Shown here piece by piece: positions 1 through 13,909 of a stretch of DNA of 64,000 nt. The notes under the pieces were generated by a model that was not told the origin of the DNA, ran no database searches, and worked only from the letters and a program-made list of their open reading frames with translations. Source of the stretch: Cycas panzhihuaensis (lineage: Eukaryota > Plantae > Cycadophyta); assembly GCA_023213395.1 (NCBI GenBank), contig CM041465.1, forward strand, positions 247,945,741-248,009,740, written 5' to 3'. The translations under genes were made by a program, and so were the position numbers. How positions within the stretch are numbered: the first letter of the stretch is position 1; each line of letters opens with the position of its first letter.

Positions 1-2090
1 GTGATATCTATGAGTATCTTAGTTGGACTGCTATAGATTTTTTGTAGTAAGCATGGCCTTGTTTTTACTGACCAAGCTCTAATTCATCTTCTCAGCGACT
101 CCATTTTGCTAAGGAGTGCAAGGGGCAGAAAATTGTTGTTTGATGCCATTATCTTTATAAAAATTAGTGAATTATTTTGAAGTATATTCATCACCATTAT
201 CACAACAAAGAATTTTGAGTGGCATGCCAGATTTTAGTTCAGCTCTAGTGTTGAATTCTTTAAAATTTTCAAAAGTTTTTTATTTTTGCTTCAAGAAGTA
301 GATCCAAACCTTGCGAGAAAAATCATCAATGAAGTTTATGAAAAAGTAGTAACCATTAATTGATTCTTGTGACATGGGTCTACAAATGTCTGAATGAACA
401 AGGCTTAATGGTTTCTGAGCATACAAAACATTGTCATTAGAGTTGAAAGGTGTTTTATGGTACTTTCCCGTAATGCAAGATTCACAAAAACATTTAATTT
501 GTTTAATTTTTGGCAATCCATGTACAATGTTTCAATTTAAATAACAATTGAAGACTGTTCATATTTGGATGACCAAGGCATTAATACTATAATTGATTTT
601 TGGAGAGTGACTGAGAAACAAGTGCAGGTTGCTCATTAGACATTGAAGCAGAGTTACCACAAGTGCCAGAATCTTTGTGCAAAAATATAGGTGTTGATGT
701 GGCATCCAACTTGTAAAGTCCATTATCCTCATATTTAGTTGCAATCACATTGCCATTGACATCATTGATGAGGTTTTTACCAAGGTGACTAAAAAGTACA
801 TCAAACTCTAGCTTAATTATCTTATAAATGGATAACAAATTTCTTATTATTCCACATACATAGAAGACATTGTTTGGGTGATATTTGATATTAGAATTTG
901 TTAATGAAATTAGAGCATTATCGTTCTTGGCAATCTCAAATACTGCATCATCACCAAATGTCACTATTTGATTCTTTACTGGCATGATATTTATAAGCAA
1001 GTCTTTAAAATTGGTCATATGTCAAGGGGCTCTACAATTTATCAACTAGGATTTATCACTGATGTGAGCTACAGGGGCAACATAAAATAAATTTTGGGAA
1101 TCATCCATATGGCCTCCTTAATTTTAATTCCTTTGTTGCTTGCAATTTTGATTTGGTACTTAGCCCTAATTTGTGTTTTGGGTATTCTGGTTCAGTCTTT
1201 TATTTGCTTGGAAGTTGTTGTAGCCACAGTTAAGATTGCCTCGATTTGTAGGGCGATTATATTGTTGTTGTTGTTGCTACTGCTAGTCAATTCTCTTTGT
1301 TCTGCATTTTGGTGTTGTGTGGTTGAGTTTGCCATAATAGTGATAAATTATTTGATTTATATATTGTTAACGTGGCTGTAGTTGGTTCAAATTCATCAAA
1401 TCGAATTGTTTATTCATATTTGGTCTTTGTTGTCTTCCTTTGTGACAAGCAACTAAAGCGAGGGTCAATGATGAATAATTGGGATCCCTAGTTCTATTTA
1501 AGATACACTCATTTTGTAGTAGAAGTCTCTCAAAGATATTAAAGTCCAATGTGGCAAGACGATTGGAATAAGATAGGTTAAAAATAAGAGAGTTAAAACC
1601 AATGGATAATGCATTAACAATGGTTGACACCAAATCATTGTTTATAGGTGGTTGACCAAGAGTAGTTAACAGGTTCCTTAATGCTTTAATTTGGGTCAAA
1701 TGGGCTTTGATAGATCTAACATAAGGAATGGAATACAATTAGACCTTAAGCATGACAACTCATGCATTGTCTTTTCTCTCATACAATGAGTAGATTATGT
1801 TTCATGCTTCAACAAAGGTGGTGGTTGTTTTAATATTTTGGTTGATATTTTCTTCACAAGAGAGGTGTAAGAAGGAAAGTGTGGCTTTATCATTTTCAAT
1901 AAATACGGTAAGAGCAATAGGATCAGTTGGTATCATGATAATGAGATCATTAGGATTTTGAGTAGGCACCGGTTTAGGTGTAACACCAGAAATATAAATC
2001 CACAATTTGTTCATTACAAGTATATTCTTAACTTGTTTTTTTCAAGCCAAGAAGTTGTCGCTACCAAGCAATTTGATGGTATTAGTTACA
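1..2090 (-). pseudogene. Degenerate copia gag-pol (gag, CCHC knuckle, protease, integrase core)
   Basis: Fragmented ORFs with copia motifs and many premature stops. Confidence 0.9.
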
Positions 2091-3541
2091 ACCATCTATA
2101 GAACCATAATGACTAAATAGGTGCAAGTACTAGTAGTGCCCTATCTACTTAGAAAAGTTTATTAATCTAGTATCAAAAGTCTCTGTCTCTTTGCCTAATA
2201 GCCCCTAGTAATTGAGACGATTTTATCTAATGGTATATTTACTCACAAGTGGCAGCTTGGGGACTCTATATACTCAAAAGTATATGAGTGTTGCAAAAGG
2301 CTTAGTTGTCCCCCTAACATTATTGACCCACTTGTGTCGAATTTATAACATGAATGACAAATCCTCTTCTAAAGGCACACTTCTAATCAAGGCATTCATC
2401 CTCTTCGAATTTAGCCTAGTCTCTAAACTCCAAGATTGAAAACTTATACCTTAGTTTGTCACTCAATACACCTGATAACGAGTTGTCCCATGACTTGCTT
2501 GTCTAACCGCATACAACTCACATGTGCAGAAGTAATTAACTTTAAGGGTTCTAATAGTTTTCCTTGCAAGACTGGAATGGTCTGAAAATTAATTTGGGAG
2601 TTTTTTTTTTTAATGTTTCAAGTTGAAATATGTCTTTTTATTAATTATTTTCTCATTTTTAATTTAAAAAAAAGAAAAAGAAAATAGCATTGAATAAAGC
2701 TAAAAATATTTTTTTTAAAAGAAGTTAAAACTTTTTTGTATTTTTTTATTTTAAGGTATTATTTTAAATTAAAAAGATCAAATAAAAAATTAGGGTTGTA
2801 AAAATGCTAAAAAAATACTCAAAAAATATTAAAAACGAGTTATAAAATAATTAAATAACTTAACTTTGGTAAAAAGTGAATATTAAAAAAGAAATATTTA
2901 ATGAATATTATAAAGTATATAACATAAAGTTATAAAACTTAAGAAATATTGAAAATTTTAAAAACTTGACTTACACGATTGAACAAAGGTGACTTTTTAA
3001 CCTTTAAAAGATAATTTCTCTCTATTAAAGCAACGAAATGCAAATTTGACAATGGATCTGAGAATAGCACAGTAAGGAGATTATTTCAAGTGGTCATATC
3101 ATAGGGTTTCATTACTTATAGGCAAAGAACAATTATAAGCAAAAAACAATTACATGGAAGAAAAAAAAGGGCGCGTGGTTAATTTAGAACAAATATGACT
3201 AAAAAAACTGTTTTGATCGATTCAAACTATAGACAATGATGAAATAAAGGTAAAATGATGTTTAATGATCACTAGAATCAATCTGGAAGATTTTTTAAGG
3301 AAAAATGAGTCCTAACGTTATTTTTTATGTGTACAACTAAAGTATGGCAGTCGTGATAATTGTACATTGAAAATGGAGAGTATAGAGCAAATAGATAGAC
3401 CCTAGATTTGGAGCAAGATAAGCTAGTAGATACCTAATATAGTCCAGCCATTATTCTGTGAGGAGGGATAGGAAAAAACAATGAAAAGAAAAGTGAAAAA
3501 CCACTAAAAAAGTAAAAAAATAACCTGGCTCTAATACCAAA

Positions 3542-3939
3542 TGATAGAAAATAGATTAGTTATTTTCAGTATCAGAATTTAAATCATTAAAAATAGACAG
3601 CCACAATCACATTAGTATGATCAAAGCATGGAAAATTAGAGGGACAAAAATTATATTCAAACCCCAAAGCAACCTTTCATTAGTATAAACAAAGCTTACA
3701 TAGCATAAATCCTCTCAATAATCCTTTGTACAATTGCCAAGAGAGGTCCTCAATATATAGAAAGTAGAATGGCTTTGCATATTAGACAAGTGGCACGCAT
3801 GCACACATTGGTAAAAGCGGGCTTACAATTTAAGGTACATTTGCACTTTATAATATTATGTTACTAAAGTGACTGACATTTACATTACAATTAGAAAATA
3901 CATCAAAATGAATTAATGAATAAATCACTAATTTTATCA
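3542..3939 (-). repeat. 5' LTR of element A
   Basis: Begins TGATAGAAAAT two nt from the PBS and ends ATTTTATCA (imperfect terminal inverted repeat). The partner LTR is outside the window. Confidence 0.7.
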
Positions 3940-4553
3940 CAAATGCACTTCTTAAACATGATATTTATCTTTCTCAAACACACCATATATAAATCTATGT
4001 ATTTCCTTCACTGATAAATATCAAACATATGCTTTATTCTCTCATGTTGCTTGGGAGATGATAGTTGTATGAATTTAAGACAAGTCATCTTTGAATTTTT
4101 TGTTGTCAAGCAACTATCTTAACGCAATCTCGAATATAAGTTATTTGACGTTAATGTACCCAAATGTTCTAAAATGGTTATTCTACCTTCAGTAGGTTCT
4201 TGGCCAAGATCTCTACAACTTCTTCGTGTGTATGTTGCTTTTATCTTTTAGAATGTTATTTAGGGCCATCCTGAGGGGAATTGGTCTATTTGAATTAAAG
4301 GTTGTCTACTCTGTTAACCTCAACTACAAAAAACTTTTGCCTCTTGGTTTGAAAACTGTTATAAATTTCCCCAAGGTTCAATATTTAAGTGAGGACATTG
4401 AGATAGAATTATGGGTGTGCGTAACCTTGGAAACTATGATAATAGAACAACATTCATGATAAAGAGATGGAACCATAGCGAGAACCAGTAAAATGTTATC
4501 CTTATATATCCAAGCCCATTCCTCATGCAAACATACCCTCATCTCTTGGAGAA

Positions 4554-4555
<2 letters not shown>

Positions 4556-4584
<29 letters not shown>
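4556..4584. repeat. (AT)n microsatellite
   Basis: Read directly. Confidence 0.95.
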
Positions 4585-4591
<7 letters not shown>

Positions 4592-6729
4592 TATTTATTT
4601 TTAAACTTTCCTCTCTTCTTTCTTTCAAGTGTTGGGTAAACAGACACCATGAGTGGTTGTCACCAAACCAATCTGGTAGTCCTCCTCTTAACTAATTCTT
4701 GCTTATTACTTTCTTAGGTTGCGTCATTTCTTAATCATTCTCAACTTACATGGGACCTATGTTAATGCCTTGTCAACATCTATACCCCTCAAAAGAATCC
4801 TAACACTCCTAGTTAAGAATTAGGTTGTCCATCTCATTCCAATGTAGGTGTTGGTACACGCATCCTCTAGAATGGGTGTTGGTAAGAGGTGTTTTCATTG
4901 TTGGGACCACCATCTTATGATTGAATGGTATAGATGTCATAAATGTTGGATGGTAGCAAGAGATTAGCACAAGAGAGAATTTACTTCCCTTTAATGTCTA
5001 AATACACTCATGAATTAAAAGTAGTTTTAAATTGAAAATGGAAAGTGTAGCAACACAAGCCTTCTTGGACGAAACTACTAAAGATCAAAAGAGAAAATAG
5101 TAATTATTTACATTCAATGGAAGGAAGGTACAACTTGTTATCTAGGTTTGGAATAAGAAGTCATAACCCATGTTATGGTGTTCCCATATGCATTGCCCCT
5201 AGCCTCAAGCTAAAGTCGTGACAACCAAGTCCACTATCTACAATGGCCATCTCCATGGGGGCGCTTCCACACATGAAATACAAAAATGATATCCAAGTTT
5301 CATTTTGGGCACAAAATGCTTGTTATCAATTATTATTCCTGTCAATCCACATCCTCCTTTATAGATGCATTAGGCAATACTTCATCTAAAGAAGAGGCTA
5401 ATCCCTCTATAAGGGGACATCTTTCCATTTCATTTGTAATTTATATACGTGGATAATTAGTTATCATATTTTGATAATTTATCCTCAAGGATGCATCAAC
5501 TAGCTTACAAGAATTTCATAATCCTCCCATAAATTGTGTCTAACATATTTGGACTTAATTAAGGAGTTTTTCCCTTAGTGTCACATAATCAATAGGAGAT
5601 AATGTATCTTATCCTTTAGTTATTTTGCATATATGAATATTTTCATTTCATTCCATTATCATGATTTTAACGCATATGATTATAGTTATACTTCTCTTCA
5701 ATCCCACATAGGAGTGGGGTTGGAAGCATCTCTATATTCATAAATTTTTATTATCATTGTTTAAAACTCTTTAAACTTACCCATGTCTAAAGTTATGCTC
5801 ATCTCAATCTCATACAAGAAAAAGATCATAAGCATACATGCACTTATGAATTGCTTAATTTTTTCCTTCAAATTCCATGCAAGAAGATATGTCATCCTCT
5901 TTTGAGATCACTTTACCACCCCAATGGGTCTTTCCGAAGTAACACATGCTAAAAGGTCACAATTAAGATCCCAAAAGTCTTTTATAGCCAATTCCAAGTA
6001 AACCATATTGAGTAGTTAGGCTCTTAAAAATCCATTTTAAGATTCAATTCAGTTTGGGGTTTTGAATTTTGTCTTTGGGGTTTTATTCATATGTTATTAT
6101 CTAATTTAGAACAATGCCACTTCGATATAGAGTGTTTGTATATTAATTGCCCAAATATTTCAACTTCATATCATTAAATGTTGAAATCTTAAAACCAACA
6201 ATCACATAAAAAGCTCAACAATCATTAACTATACATTTGCATCATGCCTAATGCAAGTGCATTTAACCCAATTGTTGATTACTCTTTCCTGCATGATTTC
6301 AAAAAGGAGTAGATGTATCTTAAAGTCTACTTATGCAACAATAAATTATCATCTTAGGAGTTTATCTCTCAACTCCTATTTGCTTTCTTAACTAGAAATT
6401 ATTTACAATGCAAATAGAAATATAAATATCAATTGAAACCAATAACCATTTATAGCATTGAATGCAATTTCCAATTATATGCGAATTTGTAAATGGTTTT
6501 ATTTTGGCAATTAACATATTTTATAAAGACTCTAGTCAAACATTTCATTGTTTCCTTCATTCAACAAATAAATGTAAACTTTTGAATCTAAATATAAAGT
6601 TTAGTAGAATAGCCCAATTGAGGATTATATAGTTCCACCACCATGTCACAAGATCTGTATGGGTAAGGGCACAAACATGTGCCTGACCATATAGATTTTT
6701 ATATAGTCATACGTTTCACATGATTAGAT

Positions 6730-9700
6730 TTGTTGATTTTCTTTGGAAAATTGAAACTAAAAGACCTTGGGATTAAAGAATGATCGTTTGGATCAGAAAA
6801 AAGAAATTGGTATTACTGTAGAAAGTTGGGACATCTCATCAACTTTATAAAAAGAGAAAGTTTGATATGGAGAGAAGAAAGAGATACTCTGAAAATGTAA
6901 TAGAAGAAAAAGGAAATGAAGAGGAGTCTATCTTTTTGGTTGCTTTTTCAGTGAAAATAGCTTCCTTATAAAACTAATACATTAACTCTAGAGTATCTAA
7001 ACATGACTTCACAAAAAATTGGTTTGAAAGTTTTGAAAGCCACTATAAAAACAATATTGTTGAGTTAGGAGACAACACCAGGCATTTTGTCAAAGGAACA
7101 GAGTTCATTCCTATAAGAATGATTAATGGAGAAATCAAGAAGTCTAGAGCTGTTCTCTTTGAACCTATGTTGAAAAAAAATACTCTCTCAGTTTCATAAA
7201 TGACCAAAAAGCATCTTAAAATATAATTTAATGATGACAAGTACCTTAAAGACGAATAGAATCATAAAATTGTAGTTAAGGGTAAGGAGAAAAATGGCAT
7301 TTATAGATTCAAGGTTGCTTTTAGCTTATAAGCATTATTTGTAAATCAAGGAGATTCTGTGAATGAAATATAGCATTTGAGATATATGCATTTATGCTAT
7401 TAAATTTAATTTAGTTAAAGGAAACCAAAAATAGTAAATAGATTTCCTTACATCATAGAAAACAAAGGAACTTTTGAAGGATACATGCTTAGGAAATAAC
7501 ACGAAAACAAATTCCCAAAAGCTTTATGGAGAGCTATGAACAAATTAGAAATTATTCACTGAGTTATGTGGTCCCATGAGAATCTTTTCTTGGAGGACCC
7601 AAATATTACATGACATTCATTAATGACTTAATAAGAAAAACTTGGGTGTTTTTTCTCAGAAAAAAATGATGACTTAAGTACCTTCAAGGATTTCAGACCC
7701 TATGCAGAAAAAGAAAATGGAAAGGTGGTCAAAATTTTCATAATCGATAACGAAGGTGAATTAATCTCTAATGACTTTTACAAATACTACAAAGTTGATG
7801 GGATTAAAAAGTAATTGACAATTGCCTATACCCCTCAATCAAATGGAGTGGCCAAAAGGAATAATAGAACAATCACAAAAAATGATAGAGCATGCTAAAA
7901 GGAAATAGAATGACATGTGTTTTGGGTATAAGTTGTTAGACCAATTATTTATCTAATCAACGAAAGCCCAACCAAGGTTGTAAAAAAAATATTAAAAAAA
8001 TCCTAGACTAGTAGAAAACCAAGTGTCAGTCACCTAAGAATATTCAAAAGAACTACATTTGTGTACATTTCGAAAGAAAAACATACTAAGCTTGGTGAAG
8101 GAAGTATTAAGTGCATCTTCATAGGCTATAGTGAAAAATCCAAAGCCTGCAAAGGCATGAAATTATAGAACAATGAAGTAATCATAAACAAAGACATAAC
8201 ATTTGAAGGAAAACCCACTTTGATAAAAATGCGTCATACAACAAGCGAATGAGGCCTCACAAAAATACCACCTACAAACATAGAAAAGGAAGTCCAAACT
8301 AAAAATAAACCAAGAGAATAAGAGCTTATAAAGGAAGAAGAATTAGAGGAAGCTTCTCAAAGAGATAATGAGCAAGAACCAATTGAAAGCCAACCATAGA
8401 AGAAAACTTCCAAATGTTGTCTATTAGCTCTACGTGATTCAGAAATAAGATACCCAACCATAAAAAGAAGGCAGCAAGCAAGATCCTAAAGTTACTCAAG
8501 AAATATTATTGCTTTAAGCTATGTCTTAAGCATAGACAAGCTAATAACTTTTAAGGAAGCTCGAGGGAACAAATCTTGGGATAAGGCCATAGATGAAGAG
8601 ATCTTAACCATCTAGAAGAACAACACTTGGGAATTCATTAAACTTCCTAAGGACAAACAAGTAGTTGGCTGCAAGTGGTTGTAAACAAAATTTATACTAG
8701 ATGGAACAATAGAGAAACACAAGGCTAGACTAGTAGCTAAAGGTTTCACTCAAATTGAGAGCATTGATTATGAAGAAATTTTTGTTCTAACAACCAAAAT
8801 AAATACAATAAAAACCATAATAGTTATGACTACTCAATTTGATTGGTGTTCTTAAATAGGAATTTTGAAGCAAAAAGTTTATATTGAACAACCTCTTAGG
8901 TATGTAAAAACTAAAGAAAAACATCTTGTTTGTAAATTAAAAAAAACTATGTATGGCTTAAAACATGCTCTAAGAGCATGGTATGACAAAATTGATCAAT
9001 ATCTCAAAAGAAATGAATTTTATAGAAGTGGATCTAACTAAAGCCTCTACATTAGAATTAAAGATACAAGATTCATCACCATCATAGTAATTTATGCAGC
9101 TAATCTTCTCATCACTAAAAGTGACAAAGACAACATCAAAAGGTAAAAAAGAACGTAGTGCAAACTTTTGAGATGGAAAACATAAGTTCTCTATAATATT
9201 ATTTGGGAGTTGATATAACGCGAGAGGGAAAACAAATATTTCTAGCATAAACCAAGTATGCTAAAGAAATGTTATTCAAGTTGAAAATGGTTGACTATAA
9301 ACCATCTCCTACTCCCTTGGAAGCATGGTGAAAACTGACAACTGAAGATCAATGCCCTGCAGTAGAGAAGACCCTTTATAAGAAACTAGTGGGGAACTTG
9401 ATATACCTTACTTCCGCACAACTTGATATTATGTATGTTGTAGGAATTATTTTTAGAAAGGTACAAAAACGATTTTTAAGATACATAAAGGAAGCCTTTG
9501 ACTTTGGTCTTAAAAACATCAAAACTCAAGACTATAAGCTGATTGGCTTTAGTGTTTCTGATTGGGTTGGAGAATGCAATATCAAGAAATCAACTTTCAA
9601 CTATTATTTCAACCTTGGAACATAAATAGCCTCTTAGAGTGGCAAGAAGTAACTCTCAGTTACATTTTCTTTTACAGAAGTCAAGTATAAGGTTACCATA

Positions 9701-10295
9701 AGAGCCACCTATAAATCAATCTAGTTAAGAAGAATATTAGAAGATCTAAATCAAATCCAACACCCTCCTACCATGGTCTACTTCAACAATCAAGGTGCAA
9801 TCAAATTAACAATGAACTCCATCTCCCATGCTTAGACTAAACATATTGAAATTCATCACTATTTCATCAAGGATAAGGTACAAAACAAATAAATTGAGTT
9901 GATCTACTATCCTAGTGAAGAATAACATGTTGATATTTTTAACAAGTCTCTTAACAAAAATAAGTTTTAGTTCTTTAAAGAACTAATTTGGGTTAAAACT
10001 AAAAAGAATAAGCATTATGAGGGGACGTTAAACTAATGTTCATTTAAATGTAAATGTCCTTCTACATCTATACTCTAGATATTTGTATTTTTGCTTTTAG
10101 AGAACTAATCAGGGTCAAAGCTAAATAGAATAAACATTATAAAAGGATGTTAAAATAATATTCATTTTAAATGTAAATGTCCTTTTATATCTATACTCTA
10201 GTTACTCATTTAGTTTACTATCGTGAATAACAATTATTTTTTTAGTAAGTTCTACATATTTGACAAATGTCATCCATGCACCTTGTGAATTATTG

Positions 10296-10376
<81 letters not shown>

Positions 10377-10445
10377 TCCTTTCATGAAATTGCAAAGTGA
10401 ATTAATTTCAAGTTTTAAGTACTTTTGTGTATCAAAATTTATTCA
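6730..10445 (+). mobile_element. 5'-truncated Ty1/copia element B (end of gag, PR, IN, RT, RNase H, PPT, 3' LTR)
   Basis: Knuckle YYCRKLGH at ~6810, integrase at ~7540-8150, RT KARLVAKGF at ~8720, ORF 9389-9625 (RT/RNase H), PPT-like ATGAGGGGA at ~10017 followed by an LTR. The LTR end at ~10445 is tentative. Confidence 0.88.
10302..10374. repeat. (AT)n microsatellite inside the LTR of B
   Basis: Read directly; it explains spurious ORF 10267-10485. Confidence 0.95.
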
Positions 10446-11232
10446 CCAGATTTACAAGTGGCATTTGAGCAATGATCCTACTTAAAGAAAAAGCTAAAAA
10501 TTAAAAAGGTAACCCTTCATAATTCCACTTATAGTTTTGTTGCATTCATTCACTATCGTTCCTTGTGAAGGGGAAGAAAAAATTGTAACCACTCACACAA
10601 TAGTTGATAAGTGGCATATTGTTCCACAAAGAGGACAAAAATTATAGTTAACAATTAGGAGAAAAACTTACCCTTTTGCTCTTTTGTCGACAAGCACAAC
10701 ATTGCTCCATTTATCTAGTATTCTTATGTACCAAATCAAAAAGAGAATAAGAAAAAAGAAAGAAGAAAGAAAAGAGAAAATAAGAGAAGTGATGTCTCAT
10801 CTTTCAATGATCTACATCCAAATGACAAGACATCCTACTAGTCTTATTAGTTAGTCACCTAAAGAAGAGAGACTTGCCTAAACAGAGTTGGCTGAAAAAG
10901 AATAGAGATGACGCTTACTGACAATTGTCGACTGAAAGTTTGTGCTATTGTGTATTCTCTTGTGAACATGGAAGACAAGTCCACTCATACAAAAAAATTG
11001 CCCAAACACTAGCATATATAGGTAATGCAAATTTGCATTGGGCATGCACGAGGTTTGTATGCATCTGTACATATTAGTGTTGGTATTAGTCTAGGTATGT
11101 GTGTGTATACTTATGTCTATTGTTAGCATTTGTCTACATATATTTGTGTAGGTCTTTCATTTATTTAGTAGAGGTGTTAGGTGGGTCATACCATCATCAA
11201 GTGAGGAAGCAATGTAGACACATTCGATAGCA

Positions 11233-11266
<34 letters not shown>

Positions 11267-13905
11267 AAAGGTTACAACCTTAGTTAGTCAAAATAATTAA
11301 AAGTAACATTCTCTTTTAAAAGAGAGGATATCCTCTTTTTTTCTAAAAGAGTAGGGAATTATCCTTGTAAAAGTATACTCTTTTCTTAATATAACATACT
11401 GTTATAAATATATTGTATTAATATATATCTTATATAATATGTTAGAAACAAGAATACAGATCATTTATATACACAACAAGCATGAAAGAAATAAACACAC
11501 AAAGATAGAATTGATGTGAAAAACCTTGTAGTAAAAACCCACCACAAAATAATAGATTACATTGATGCCAAAAAAGTTAAAATATAATGGATTTAGGATC
11601 CCTTTAAATAGATCCACAAGTGTCTCAAATATACATCTGTTGGCCTATATAATCATAATATTACATCATAATATTCACATTATAATACATCATATTAACA
11701 TTAGTTAGGTTAAGTCGTTAAATTACCACTCTAACATTCCCCCTTAATGTAAATGTGGGATCTTGAAGTCTTCCTAAGGGTTGAACTATCCTTTGTCTAT
11801 TCTAACATAATACATGAGGATATAATAGATAAATTATCTTATAATATATGTAAGTATCTTATTATAATATTATAATATCGCTTGGAGCATAACCACTTGC
11901 ATTGTTTGTCGATGTCATATACCATAGTTTATTAGTAACAAACTCTCTTTGAACAAAGAATATCCATCCCTTGTATAAGATTATTTCCTTACTATCACAC
12001 TACAAACTATACTATAAATATATATTGTTACTAGTAGTCTATCTATGCTACTCATGCAAAGAAAGAGGACTAGTAAGCCTGCATCCATTTTCACAATCCA
12101 TTATTAGCATTATTATCACCATAATTTCCTTCATCATCTACCAATTATACTAACAACTTTACTTTTTTATCAAGTTCTTAATGCCTTCCTCAATCTAGCA
12201 TCTACATATCTGGAAGACAAAATAGTAAAGATATCAAATCAAGAAGCTTATCAATGGAATCATGGGAAAGTACTAAATAAAATATACTAGTAACCATAAT
12301 GATATCATCATAACATATGGTTACCTATCTACTCACTTAATAGAGACAAACCCCAATGAGTGGCTAGTAAAGATTAAGAACTACTTTGAAATAGTTGGCA
12401 TTTTTAATGTTCCCAATCAAATTACATTCACTATTAAGGACTTTATAGGACCAATGTACCTAGGGACCACAAGGTGGAATCTAGGATACCCTGAAGGAGC
12501 ACTTTTCAAGAAAATTAGATATGCCTTTGAAGAACAAATTGAAGAGTATCAAAGGAACCCACATTATATTCAGCTAATCCACTCCATCTAGCAAAATAAA
12601 TTAATACAACAATATACTAAAGTATTTGAGAAGCCACAAAGCAAGGTAGAGGTTGAATCCAAGGATGCTCTAACATTTTGCATAAACAACCTACAACCCA
12701 AAATCTATGAGGATGTACAATAACCTAATTCAATCACCTTGAAAAATGCTATCCTTCTAATACTCCTACCTGAGTACAAATTGCTTATTAAACAAACCAA
12801 ACAAATCACAAACCAAGGAAGATTGACTTTTATATAATTGTATAGTCAAAAGTAGTCTATCGATCTACCAATTATTTATCCACCCAATGCTCAACATCTA
12901 ATTTACTAGCAAAGGAGAAGGATAATGACTCAACACCTAACACAACAAAAGAAGTTCACGACCTACAAAGGGAACTTTTGAATATAATACTAATGAAATA
13001 ATAGTATGGGATAAATTAGATGAAATACCTATAACTTAATATGACAAGAGCTTAACACCTCTTCCAAAGGATGGCATGTCAACTTACAATCAAAAGATTA
13101 ATTCATATATTATAGAAGACCCACTAATACAAGTCACATTGACCCCATTCCCTAGAAACTAATGTTAAGTATCATTATTCAAAATAATACCAACACAAAA
13201 TTGCTAATAGTAATTCCTCATGAAGATACATATAAGAAAGTTATGAATGATAATTATGTACAATCTAGCATATATCTACAATATGAGATTAGAGTTATAT
13301 GGAAGATTTATAGGCAACATACTTTGAATAAAAGATAGGAGCAAAAGGTATTTCAACAACTACTAGGAAATACCAATAGGTTGGGAATAATTAAATCTTG
13401 TTGATGTTTGTCTCTTCTTTAAGAGTTGCTACAACTCTAAGGTCTGAGGAAGATAACTCAATGACATAATATAGATGCATATGATATTCTCCTATCAACC
13501 TGAGGTAATAAGAAGTTGTTATTTCAAAATATACTTTGAGGGCAAAGCATCTCGAAAAAGGGTGGTAACATTTCCATCCCTAATCAATAATTATTTATTA
13601 TTATTAATTATCATTAATTATGAAAGGGTATGTTGATGTTATGTACCTTTGTATGTAGGAACACTAGAACACATATAAATAGAGGAGAATATTATAATAT
13701 CTAATATGGTATATTAATCAATTTTATTCATTGGTCTTGGGGTTTCAATCCAAAGCATAGCCTTCTTGAATAAGGGTCATTTGAAATACTTCTAATGCAA
13801 TTCAAAAACTAGATGACAAAAACATCTCATACTTTCTTAATTATTAATGCACGTGTCTATGATTTGAGTCCTTCTTATCTTTGAAGTAGGGGTCGAGGCA
13901 TGGTA
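10446..13905 (+). mobile_element. Pol-less gypsy-derived LTR element X, copy 1
   Basis: Colinear with 39307-43315. LTR end ...GCTTATCA at 12253, degenerate PBS TGGAATCA at 12255, gag-like PNEWLVKIKNYFEI at ~12350, chromovirus-type tail TTTGAGGGCAAAGC plus purine tract before the 3' LTR at ~13569. Confidence 0.65.
11440..11807 (-). mobile_element. Internally deleted LTR element C (one full LTR at 11440-11736, PPT, ~60 bp, tip of the second LTR)
   Basis: TGTTAGA...TCTAACA termini and perfect TSD TAATA (11435-11439 / 11808-11812). An internal TCTAACA is followed by TTCCCCCTT (PPT reverse complement). Absent from the homologous site in X copy 2. Confidence 0.8.
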
Positions 13906-13909
13906 CCTC

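Larger units (their letters stand above)
1..3939 (-). mobile_element. Ty1/copia LTR retrotransposon A, 5' part (LTR, PBS, leader, gag, protease, integrase); runs off the window start
   Basis: ORFs 1802-2014 and 1367-1738 are UBN2-like gag. ORF 587-1018 is the protease/GAG-pre region. ORF 280-516 reads CESCITGK...LSLVHSDIC...FIDDFSRKVWIYFLK (integrase). A tRNA-iMet PBS is seen as reverse complement at 3526-3539. Confidence 0.92.

Noticed and set aside
1094-1381. Hydrophobic ORFs resembling membrane or env proteins (also 48591-48869, 54371-54758, 54481-54720)
   Set aside because: They are antisense or off-frame readings of Q/N-rich gag segments.
3945-6700. Possible LINE ORF1 or DNA-transposon remnants
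   Set aside because: Only vague similarity; no diagnostic motif or termini could be confirmed.
10267-10485. ORFs with YIYIYI or RERERE runs (also 39766-40083)
   Set aside because: These are translations of microsatellites.
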